Shown piece by piece: positions 1 to 9,930 of a stretch of 64,000 nt of DNA. The stretch is from NCBI GenBank assembly GCA_963666055.2, contig CAXWPH010000013.1, forward strand, positions 15,406 to 79,405. The letters run 5' to 3'. The notes beneath the pieces are model-generated. The model had not been told where the DNA came from and made no database searches. It was given only the letters and a program-made list of their open reading frames with translations. Position numbers and translations under genes: made by a program. This DNA comes from Acidobacteriota bacterium (GTDB lineage: Bacteria > Acidobacteriota > UBA890 > WLXD01). Position 1 is the stretch's first letter. The number at the start of each line of letters is the position of its first letter.

Positions 1-212
1 TGCGACGACCGCAACCACGCGGATCGCTGTCGCGCGGCTACGACGTTGAACAGTCATCGGCGGCTCCCAGGTAGAGAAGTAGATCGCAACATAGTGCCGT
101 GAGCTCGCGCTCGCAATGGCCCGCGGCGGTGCGGGGCCAGCACCCCGAGAACATGTGACAGACTGCCGCGAGCTATCTCGATAACGAAGCGACGATCAGA
201 TCGAGGAACGCC

Positions 213-998
213 ATGGCCGATGAGCCGATTCGCACCCGCCGCGAAGGCGGTGTGCTTGAAGTCACCCTGGACCGCCCCAAGGCAAATGCGATCGACCAAG
301 CCACTAGCCAGGCGATGGGTGAGGTCTTCGCCGGTTTCCGCGACGACCCTGACCTGCGAGTCGCCATCGTTACGGGCGGAGGCGAGAAGTTCTTCTGCGC
401 CGGCTGGGATCTGAAAGCCGCGGCGGCCGGCGACCCGGTCGACTGCAACTACGGTGTCGGTGGTTTCGGCGGCATCCAGGAACTGCGAGATCTCAACAAG
501 CCGATCATCAGCGCCATCAACGGCATCTGCTGCGGTGGTGGCTTGGAGCTGGCGATCTCCGGCGACATTCTCATCGCCGCCGATCACGCTACCTTTGCGC
601 TGCCAGAGATTCGCTCGGGTACGGTGGCCGATGCCGCCTCGGTGAAGCTCCCAAAGCGCATCCCCTACCACATCGCCATGGAGATGCTTTTCACCGGCCG
701 GTGGCTGGACGCGGAGGAAGCCCACCGCTGGGGCCTCATCAACGAGATCGTCGCGGCAGACCAGCTGATGCCCCGCGCCTGGGAGGTTGCCCGGCTGCTC
801 GAGTCCGGTCCTCCCCTGGTCTATGCCGCCATCAAAGAGATCGTACGCGAGTCTGAGGACATGCGCTTCCAAGACGCCATGAACCGCCTCAACGGACGCC
901 AGCTCCGCACCATCGACGCGCTCTATGCGAGCGAAGACCAGCTCGAGGGCGCGCGGGCGTTCGCCGAAAAACGCGATCCGGTGTGGAAGGGGCGCTGA
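213..998 (+). CDS. caiD: Crotonase family enoyl-CoA hydratase, carnitinyl-CoA dehydratase-like
   Basis: 261 aa; TLDRPKANAID, FFCAGWDLK, GGGLELA, FALPEI, AFAEKRDPVW motifs typical of CaiD. Confidence 0.8.
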   Translation: MADEPIRTRREGGVLEVTLDRPKANAIDQATSQAMGEVFAGFRDDPDLRVAIVTGGGEKFFCAGWDLKAAAAGDPVDCNYGVGGFGGIQELRDLNKPIISAINGICCGGGLELAISGDILIAADHATFALPEIRSGTVADAASVKLPKRIPYHIAMEMLFTGRWLDAEEAHRWGLINEIVAADQLMPRAWEVARLLESGPPLVYAAIKEIVRESEDMRFQDAMNRLNGRQLRTIDALYASEDQLEGARAFAEKRDPVWKGR

Positions 999-1063
999 CT
1001 CGACGCCGGACTGCTAGCGGGCCCCTTGTTGAGGGCGGAGCCGTAGCGGTAGCCTCTGCAGAC

Positions 1064-1594
1064 ATGAAGAGCAGGCTTGACGGCGGGACCGGCGAAGCAG
1101 AGCCGACGACATCGGTTCGACGGGTCGCGGCGATCAACGTCAACGGCGCCGACTTTCCGCTGGATGTCGATCCGCGCCAGCCGCTGCTGTGGGTGCTGCG
1201 CGACAACCTCGGCCTCACTGGCAGCCACTACGGCTGTGGCGAGGGTCAGTGCGGTGCGTGCACCGTGCTGGTTGACGGCACACCGCGCCGGTCGTGCATC
1301 ATCGCCGTTGGCGATGTTGCCGGCCGGGCGATCACGACGATCGAGGGTCTCGCCCAAAACGGCCGGCTGCACCCGTTGCAGCAGGCGTTCCTCCAACAGG
1401 ACGCGCTGGAGTGCGGCTACTGCACCTCGGGAATGATCATGTCGGGAGCCGCCCTGCTACAACGTGACCCGAACCCGTCACGTCGCGAGATCGTCCGCCG
1501 CATGGTGGGTCACATCTGCCGCTGCGGCGTCTATCAACGCATCGTCGCGGCGATCCAATCGGTGGCTGAAACGGTACCCGAGAAGGAGCGATGA
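1064..1594 (+). CDS. (2Fe-2S)-binding small subunit of a molybdenum hydroxylase (IorA/CoxS family)
   Basis: GCGEGQCGACTV, TTIEGL, ECGYCTSG and CRCG motifs; ATG at 1064 is the likely start; stop overlaps the next gene (ATGA). Confidence 0.9.
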   Translation: MKSRLDGGTGEAEPTTSVRRVAAINVNGADFPLDVDPRQPLLWVLRDNLGLTGSHYGCGEGQCGACTVLVDGTPRRSCIIAVGDVAGRAITTIEGLAQNGRLHPLQQAFLQQDALECGYCTSGMIMSGAALLQRDPNPSRREIVRRMVGHICRCGVYQRIVAAIQSVAETVPEKER

Positions 1595-3782
1595 GCGGCC
1601 CGACACAGCGACCGGCCGAGGTCGAGCCGATCGCCACTCCCCCAGTAGAGCCCGAACGCTACGAGCTCGAGGAGCGCCCCACCCATACCTTCGCTCTTGA
1701 CCGGCGTGAGGTCTTCCGCGTGCTCGGCGGCGGCATCGCGGTGGCGCTCTTGCTAGGAGGCGATTCGCACGCCCAGGAATCTGGCCGCGCCGGCCGGCGC
1801 GGGGAGCTGCCACGTGACGTTGCCGTTTGGCTGCACATCGACGAGGCAGGCGCTGTCACCGTCTATACCGGCAAGGTCGAGGTAGGTCAAAACATCCGCA
1901 CTTCGCTGACCCAGGCAGTATGTGAGGAGCTGCGCGTACCCGCCGACGCGGTCCGACTCGTGATGGGCGATACCGATCGGGTGCCCTACGACCGGGGCAC
2001 GTTCGGCAGCCTCACCACGCCGATCATGTCGTCTCACCTTCGCCGGGTGGCGGCGGCGGCGCGGGCGACGCTACTCGGTTTGGCGGCCGAGCAGCTAAAG
2101 ATCGACGCCACGAATCTGGAGGTGAGCGCCGGCCACGTGGCGCACAACGCTTCCGGCCGCAGCTTGGACTTCGGAGAGCTAACCGGCGGACGGGAGATCC
2201 TTCGCACGGTGCGCGACGACGAGGCTGTGACCGAACCGACTCGCTGGACAATCTCCGGCACTCGGGTACCCAAGGTGGGCGGCAGAGCGTTTGTCACCGG
2301 ACAGCACCTGTACCCGTCCGACGTGACGCTCCCGGACATGCTTCACGGCAAGGTGCTGCGACCGACGGCCCTCAACTCCACATTGAAGCGCATCGACGTT
2401 TCCGCCGCCGAGGCCATGACGGACGTAACCGTCGTCCACGACGGCGACTTCGTCGGAGTTGCGGCCCCAACGCTGAGTGGCGCGGAGGCCGCCCTTGCAT
2501 CGATCGATGCGGAGTGGTCGTCGTTACCTCAACAGGGTGATCGGGAGTTGTTCGACTACTTGCGCACCCAGGCCACCGAGGAGTCGCAGGGAGGCGGCGG
2601 GCGCTCGCGCAGCGATGTGGCGGGCTCGCTCGAGCAGGGGTTCGAGAACGCCGAGGTAACGGTGGAGGCCACGTACGAGGTGGCCTACATCCAGCATGTG
2701 CCGCTGGAGCCGCGCGCCGCGATAGCCTCATGGGATGAACACGGCTTGACGGTTCAAACGGGTACCCAGCGACCGTTCGGCGTTCGTACCGAGCTCGCGG
2801 AGGCCTTCCGGCTGCCGGAAGTGCGGGTGCGCGTAATCATGCCTGACACCGGATCAGGATATAGCGGCAAGCACACCGGCGAGACTGCTGTCGAAGCGGC
2901 GCGCCTGGCACGGGCGGCAGGCCGGCCCGTTCGTGTGGTCTGGACTCGCGAGGAGGAGTTCACCTGGGCCTACTTCCGCCCGGCCGGCGTCATCGACGTC
3001 AGGGCCGCCGCCGCGGCCGATGGGGCGCTGAGACCGCCTGGGAGTTTCACAACTACAACTCCGGCGCCTCCGCCATCGCGACTCCGTATCAGGTCGCCAA
3101 CCGCAGCATCCACTTCCACCGTACCCACTACCCGCTTCGGCAGGGCTCCTACCGCGGGCTGGCCGCGACTGCCAACGTCTTCGCGCGCGAAACCGCCATC
3201 GACGAGCTTGCCGCCGCACTCGGTATCGACCCGTTGCAGATGCGGCTCCGCAACCTCGATGCCGGCCGGCTTCGCGACGTTCTAGTCGCCGCGACTGACG
3301 CCTTCGGGTGGGCCGGTCGCTCGACAGCACCGGGGCGCGGCGCCGGCATCGGCATCGGCACCGAGAAGGGCGGCTACGTCGCCTGCTGCGCCGAGGTCGA
3401 GGTGGGGTCGATGGGCGACGTTCGCATTCTACGGGCGGCGCAAGCGTTCGAGTGCGGTGCGATCGTCAATCCGTCGCACCTTCGCGGTCAGGTCGAGGGC
3501 GGCCTTGTGCAGGGCATCGGCGGGGCGCTCTTCGAGGCGGTGCGCTTCGACAACGGCCGCATCCTGAACCCGCGCCTTTCCGACTACCGAGTACCGCGCT
3601 TCAGCGATATACCCGAAATCGAGACGATTCTTGTCGATCGCCCGGATCTGCCCTCTGCAGGTGCCGGAGAGACGCCGATCGTGGGTATCGCTCCGGCCGT
3701 GGGCAACGCGATCTTCGACGCCACCGGCGTCCGTCTGCGTGCTTTGCCGCTGGTGCCCAATGGTTTGCCGGGGCTTGCGTAG
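1591..3782 (+). pseudogene. Molybdopterin-binding large subunit (IorB/xanthine dehydrogenase family), frameshifted near 3030
   Basis: GKVEVGQNIRT, HVPLEP; the frame shifts at ctgAGaccgcctgg and continues as AWEFHNYNSG...QGSYRGLAATAN...GAGETP; may be a sequencing indel. Confidence 0.85.
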
Positions 3783-3974
3783 TAAGCCCGAGCTTGTTTG
3801 GATCTTTGCAAAACCCGACATTTCTTTACGCTGTTGGCGCCGCAAAAGATGCCCCGAGCGCCTTTCTACCAAGGGTGCCGAGCTGCCTATGATCGATGGT
3901 CAACGGTCGACCCTCCCGTGACGCGCCGACGAAACCCCGTGCCACCCCACCACGGAAAGACAGCCGCTCGCGAC

Positions 3975-4706
3975 ATGGGCGCGTTCGTGTGCCTGCTGCT
4001 GACGGTGATCACGTCGGTGGCGGCCGGGTGCCGAGCCGATGCCGATGCACGGCGTGCCGCAGATCAACAGGAGGCGGAGCCTCTCGCGGTCGAGCGAGCT
4101 GCCCTGCTGCGGGAGCTACGGGATCAGGGCATCGAGAGCAATACCGTGCTCGAGGCGCTCGATCGCGTACCACGGGAGCGCTTCGTCCCGCGCAGCGTCC
4201 GCCACCTCGCCTACGCCAACCACCCGCTACCGATCGGCTACGACCAGACCATCTCGCAGCCCTACATCGTGGCGTTGATGACGGAGCTGATCGATCCGCA
4301 ACCCACCGACCGCGTGCTGGAGATCGGCACCGGCTCCGGCTACCAGGCCGCCGTGCTCGGCGAGCTGGGCGCGGAGGTATTCACCATCGAGATCGTTCCG
4401 GAGCTGGCAGCCTCGGCGGCCACGCTGCTCGGTGAGCTCGGCTACGACCGCGTCCACGTTCGTCATGGCGACGGGTACCTGGGTTGGCCCGACGAGGCGC
4501 CGTTCGACAAGGTGATCGTGACGGCGGCTCCGGAAGAGATCCCCGCGGCGCTGGTTGAGCAGCTCCGCACCGGGGGGAGGATGGTGCTGCCGGTCGGTCC
4601 CCAAGGCGGAGTGCAGCAACTGGTGTTGTTGCGCAAGACCAGTGAGGGAGAGGTGCGTCAGGAGCGCGTCATCCCGGTGCGGTTCGTCCCCATGGTGCGG
4701 CAGTAG
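3975..4706 (+). CDS. pcm: Protein-L-isoaspartate O-methyltransferase with N-terminal signal/lipoprotein-like segment
   Basis: QTISQPYIVA, VLEIGTGSGYQAA, APFDKVIVTAA, VRFVPM. Confidence 0.92.
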   Translation: MGAFVCLLLTVITSVAAGCRADADARRAADQQEAEPLAVERAALLRELRDQGIESNTVLEALDRVPRERFVPRSVRHLAYANHPLPIGYDQTISQPYIVALMTELIDPQPTDRVLEIGTGSGYQAAVLGELGAEVFTIEIVPELAASAATLLGELGYDRVHVRHGDGYLGWPDEAPFDKVIVTAAPEEIPAALVEQLRTGGRMVLPVGPQGGVQQLVLLRKTSEGEVRQERVIPVRFVPMVRQ

Positions 4707-4861
4707 AGGCGACATAAGGCGCCCCTGGTTACGGAATTGAACCACCGACGCAGGGCTTCTCAGGCCCTCGCTCCAGGCCGGCGGAGCCGAATCCTGGGTA
4801 CTGTCGAGTTGAGGACGCGACGCTCGGATTCGGGCAAGCTGCGGCCTGGAGCCGGGTTACC

Positions 4862-5417
4862 TCAGGCGGTGACGACCTCCCCCCAGGTCACAAAGGCGCG
4901 AGTCCGAAGCACCCGGTAGTTCGCAGATCGTAATCGGTGCCGGCTAAGGTTGAAGAGACTCCGGACTGCACCGTGCACGGACAGAGACCGCTGAGCTTGA
5001 GCCGCGGACTTGAACTTGCGCATCTGCCTCTCTCTTTGCCGGGTCGGCTGATGCGAGACCTCTGCTCGGTTGTTCGCGTAGCGCGCGGTGACATGCTCCA
5101 TCGAGGGCATCACACTCCTGTGCGCGGCCCCATAGCTTCTGAGCTTGTCGGTCACCAACCATCGACCCTGCCGCCGCCGTAGCTTAGCCGCATACTTGGG
5201 TCCGAACTTGCCGCACCAGCACCGGATTGCTTCGTGCGAGACCGTCACACCTCGCTTCGCCAGGAGATCCTCGACGTCTCGGAGGCTCAAGCCAAAGCGA
5301 TGATAGAGCCAGACGGCGTGACTGATGATCTAAGGAGGAAACCGATGCCTGTAGTAGCGACGCGTGCAGTTGACCATCGGCGCAATCTGCCAGACGCGTC
5401 GTTAACTTGACAATGCC
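4862..5417 (-). mobile_element. IS6 family transposase remnant (in-frame stop, internal deletion) with one terminal inverted repeat
   Basis: YRHRFPP*IISHAVWLYHRFGLSLRDVEDLLA...VTDKLRSY...NNRAEVSHQPTR; the WHLDE segment is missing; IR-like GGCATTGTCAAGTTAAC at 5417-5401. Confidence 0.85.
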
Positions 5418-5431
5418 GGCTTGGGGCGTCC

Positions 5432-6017
5432 TTACTTCCACGCTCCTTCGAACGGCGTCTGGGCAAACATGAGGTGCGCAGACTTCATGCCCGACAGCAT
5501 GAGTGAGGGAACGTCATGGTTCATCTCGCTGTATAACCCCAGGCCAGTTGTTTCAGGCGTGGCGTTGGGCAAGAACATGTAATTAGCCACAACCGCGTTC
5601 TCACCGTCCATGCTCATCACCCTGTACCCGATGGCTCCGTAGCCCCAGAGTGGAAGTTGACCTGTCTCCACTGCTTCGACCAGTAGGGTATCGGCCTCCA
5701 TGAAGGATTTCCCTTCCATCCGCCACTTGCGCACGGCATCTTCGTGTACCAACTCCGCTTCACGGCTGCAAAGCACCATAAACGCTGGCGGGGGGCTCTG
5801 AGTTCGGGACGCAGTAGATGCCGTTGTCGCCTTCCCGCAGCACCTTCCGATTGCCGTCCTCGTCATAGGTGACGACCATGGCCCCGTCCTTGAGCGCATC
5901 GGGCAGCGGCAGCAACGCCTCGGTGATTTGTTCCTCGATAGATCCAGCGGTGGATTGCGAGGCACCTACAGTGGGCGACGCCAGCAACAGGCATGAGGCG
6001 AGGGCGAGGTACTTCAT
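5432..6017 (-). pseudogene. Secreted hypothetical protein split by a homopolymer frameshift (~5790)
   Basis: Signal peptide MKYLALASCLLL in ORF 5760..6086 continues in ORF 5432..5965 across a G/C run. Confidence 0.6.
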
Positions 6018-6196
6018 GGCGGGACTCCTTGGGTCGGCTGCGCGATAGAGCGTAGAGCTTCCTAGCAGGCCACGAGCAACGGCCATGGAGTACCGCGTGC
6101 CAGCCGGCCAGTCAACGGAAGGCTGCTAGATCCGGCTCAGTCCAACCCCGGAAGATATTGCGCGATTCTTGACCAACATGTGTGGACGGTAGAGGC

Positions 6197-6268
6197 AGGT
6201 GCTGCCTGCCGAGTTCGCATCTGACCCCGAGCGCCTCGCCCGCTTCGAGCAGGAGGCCCCGTGCCGCC
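6197..6268 (+). repeat. Internal fragment of the Ser/Thr kinase gene family ([20 protein letters not shown])
   Basis: Near-identical to the corresponding segment of the kinases at 9930-12557 and 33155-35854. Confidence 0.85.
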
Positions 6269-6422
6269 GGGATCGAGTTCAAAACAGCGCTCGACGGTTG
6301 TAATAGCCCTGCGTTTCGGTTTCAGTGCGCCTGTGTCACCGGCTCCCCTTGGCTCGCTGGTGGCGTTTCGAAGTCCGCGCCTTCGCGTTGGTCGCGGAAG
6401 CGCAGGTAAAAGGAGCGTCAGA

Positions 6423-6758
6423 ATGTCCGAACGTATCCTCTTAGCCCTGATCGTAGTCGTCGCGATCCTGGGAACCGTCCCGGCCATTGCCGAAGCGGCC
6501 CCGTATGCGGGACTCGCCCTCGTCGTCCTCGGTTTGGTTGCGGGTTTCATAGGCAGCGACAGCGCTGATGTCAACCAACGGACGGCGTTCTACGTCGTCG
6601 CCGTGGCACTCCCCGTGTTTTCCGACAGTCTGGACGCCATCGCTGTCGTCGGTCCCTGGGTCAATTCAGTTCTCGACGGCGTTGCGACCGGCATCCAGGG
6701 CATGGCCGTCGCGTTCGTGCTAATGCAGCTCAAGGTCAGGATCATGCCCGCCGCCTGA
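6423..6758 (+). CDS. Small multi-pass membrane protein (copy 1)
   Basis: AGGAG RBS; 111 aa hydrophobic; close paralog at 29915-30250. Confidence 0.75.
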   Translation: MSERILLALIVVVAILGTVPAIAEAAPYAGLALVVLGLVAGFIGSDSADVNQRTAFYVVAVALPVFSDSLDAIAVVGPWVNSVLDGVATGIQGMAVAFVLMQLKVRIMPAA

Positions 6759-7037
6759 TGGCGTAGCTCGGCGAACCCATGCCCCTCGGGAGGGCCTAGA
6801 TGGCGGCGCATCGGCACCCCGTTGGAGTTGAGCGTCCGGTGCATCTCCACGGCCCTAGCCCACCCTCGCCAGCCGAGCCACGTACCCCGCGTGGTGTTCG
6901 AAATCGTGACCGTGGGGCTACTACCTCCATTTCGCCACTGTTCGAGGTGCCTCCCCCGCCTCCGCCCCCGCCCCGTTGGTTCTCATCCGCTCTGGCGATA
7001 GGCTTCAGGCGCTCACCCACCCTGCTTCGAAAGCGCC

Positions 7038-7427
7038 ATGGACCCCGGCACCAAACTCGGCCACTACGAGATCCTGTCCCCGCTCGGTGAAGGCGGAATG
7101 GGGCAGGTGTATCGAGCACGCGACACGACGCTGGATCGTGATGTCGCCATCAAGGTGCTGCCGGAGGATTTCGCCAGCGACGCGAACCGGCTGGCTCGCT
7201 TCGAGCGCGAAGCCAAGCTGCTCGCCTCCCTGAACCATCCCAACATCGCCACGATCTTCGGCTTCGAGGAATCCGACGGCGTGCGCTTCATCGCCATGGA
7301 GCTGGTGGAGGGGCAAAGCCTCGCCGAGCGCATTGAAGCGTCTGGTCGCATCGAGGTCGATGAGGCGCTAGAGATCGCTCGCCGGATCGCACTGGCGCTC
7401 GAAGCCGCTCACGAAGCCGGCGTCATC
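7038..7427 (+). pseudogene. 5' fragment of a Ser/Thr protein kinase, truncated just before HRD
   Basis: [16 protein letters not shown]...AHEAGVI, then an abrupt junction with the 3' end of an opposite-strand gene. Confidence 0.9.
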
Positions 7428-8621
7428 GAAAGTCGCCTGGCGCGCTCGCGCTCCTCCATTTCGCTCCAGCTCACCTGGGCGGGCGGATGGAATGGGTTGG
7501 GCACATAACACGAGTCCTCAGGGACTGTTCTGCGGGCGATGCTGTCGAAGCCGGGGTTCGTATTGAACGAGTAGACCAGACCGTCGCTGTTGGCGCGTTC
7601 GGAGTGCCCTTGCCAGGTCGACGGGTCGAGGAAGTTGTCGTACACGGCGATGCCATCGAAGCCGGACTTGCGGGTGCGGTTCATGTTCAAGGAATCGGCC
7701 AGCATCGTCACCTGGTCGAATTCCCCTGCGAAACGCTCGCGGACGCCGTCGGTCTGCTGCTTCCAGATCTCGTCGGGGGTGTAGTCCGGTACGTCATGGA
7801 CGATGTCGTGGCAATCGGTGACCTGCGCTGCAACGATCGTGCGGAAAGACTTGAACACTGGCCCGACCTTGCCGTTGGCGTCGCGCAGTAGCAGAAATGC
7901 GTCCCAGCCCCGCCGTTCGCCGTACTCTTGGATCAGGTAGGTGATGTCGTCGAGATAACGGTGGGCACGATCGTGCCGATACGGTTCGATGTGGAACATC
8001 ACCTTGATGTCGTGATCGGCCATCACGTCCATCACGGCATGGGCGGACCCTCCGGAGAAGCTGTCGGCGCCCCACCAGCTCAAGTTCACGGCGCCCGCCC
8101 CGACTTCTTTGATCCAGCGTGCGTGCCGCTCGATCACCTTCCTGTTGCGGGAGCTGTAGGCTCCCAACTTTGGAACGCTGGTGGCGGCGAGGTCGTGCGG
8201 TGGGACGCGATCCCACTGCTGCCAGTGACGGAAAGGATCGTTGTTGTACCAGGGGTAGTACTCGAAGATGAAGTGGCGGTTCAGATCACCGCACCGTAGC
8301 TTCAGCAGCCGGCCGAACTCAGCCCACGGGAAGGCGACGCCGGCGCGCTTCGAGGGATCGGCAGCGAGGATGAGCCGCTGGAGGTCGGCGCCGCCATAGC
8401 GCAGCTCCATCTCCAACGAGGAAAAACCATGCCGCTCAAGCGCGGGGTCCGGAAGCCCCGTCAAACCGGCTGGCGTGTACGGTCCAGGCGTCGGTCCACT
8501 CCCCCCCCCCCCCAGCCGCCGGTAGAGACCGCGCCACCAGGCCACCGCCGAAGCCGAACGCGGCTGGTGCCGCGATCGCTCCGAGGCTGCCGAGCACGCG
8601 TCGTCGTGACCAGTCAATCAT
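7428..8621 (-). pseudogene. GH99-like (endo-alpha-mannosidase-like) glycoside hydrolase with Tat signal; frameshift at the homopolymer ~8500-8512; 3' truncated
   Basis: MIDWSRRRVLG Tat leader; FEYYPWY, PKLGAYSS, LSWWG, FHIEPY motifs. Confidence 0.65.
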
Positions 8622-9930
8622 GGGACAATTGAACCCTCTGACACGACCAAACGGCAAGTCTGTCCGGGGTCGCGCTGATTTCGCATCGGCGGCCTGGGAG
8701 GTCCCACTGGCCGTCCGGTGAGAAAAACGGGGAGCGTGGGAACTCAGAAAACAGGAGAGTGCTCTCTTGCTTGTCAAGCGAGCGGACGTATAGCTCGGGC
8801 TGGGCGCCGGCACTGCCCGTGACGTAGGCGATGTGTGTGCCATCCGGCGATAGGACAGCTCCCCCCCGATAACTTTGGTTGATGCCCTCTTCGGTGAGCC
8901 GCACCTTCAGGTGCATGGGGGGCGCAGGCGGCTGAGGATCTTGGCGCATCAAGGACCACATCGCCAGCGCCGTGACCGCGACCGCGCCAATTCCGATAGG
9001 TGTCGGGATGTAGCGTCGCCAGGAGGGCCGCACAGCCTCACCAGAGCCAGCATTCAGGCCGAGGCCCCCATCTGGATCGTTGATGGTATTAACGATGCCG
9101 ATACGGGCATCGGCGATGTCGTGGAGCCGCCGTTCAGGGTCCTTCTCTAGGCACTGTCGCAGAAGAAGCTGGATGAGCGGGGAGGTCGTCTCCGGCACCG
9201 CGATCCAGTCTGGCTCCTCTTTGAGGATCGCCGCCATCGTGTCGCTGACGGTCTTGCCGTCGAAGGCGCGCTTGCCGGCGAGCATCTCGTACAGCACACA
9301 GCCGAAGGCCCAGATGTCCGTGCGCTTATCGACGGGCTGACCCCGTGCCTGCTCCGGGCTCATGTAGGGAGCCGTACCCATGATCACGCCGGTGCCAGTG
9401 GCGGCCATCATCGTGGGTGAGTGGCTCAGATCCGACGACGGATCGCTGCCGTCCACTTCGTAGGCTTTAGCCAGCCCGAAGTCGAGCACCTTGACCGTGC
9501 CATCGGGTGACACCTGCACGTTGGCGGGTTTCAGATCGCGATGGATGACACCAGCCTCGTGAGCGGCTTCGAGCGCCAGGGCGATCCGGCGGCCGATCTC
9601 TAGCGCCTCATCGATCTCGATGCGTCCGGTGGCTTCAATGCGCTCGGCGAGGCTCTGCCCCTCGACCAACTCCATGGCGATGAAGCGCACTCCGTCGGAC
9701 TCATCGAACCCATGGATGGTGGCGATGTTGGGGTGATTCAGCGAGGCGAGCAGCTTGGCTTCACGCTCGAAGCGAGCCAGTCGGTTGGCATCGCTGGCGA
9801 AGTCCTCCGGCAGCACCTTGATGGCGACATCACGATCCAGCGTCGTGTCGCGTGCTCGGTACACCTGACCCATGCCGCCTTCACCCAGCGGGGACAGGAT
9901 CTCGTAGTGGCCGAGCGCCTTGCCGATCAT
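8614..9930 (-). pseudogene. Ser/Thr kinase-TM-PD40 protein, truncated after the second PD40 repeat
   Basis: Complete kinase domain (HRDLKPAN, DFGLAK, YMSPEQ), TM, then homology stops after PFFSPDGQW. Confidence 0.88.

Noticed and set aside
54-872. Long antisense and alternate-frame ORFs (e.g. 54-872, 16502-17239, 55981-56715)
   Set aside because: Shadows of real genes in high-GC DNA, with no recognisable motifs.
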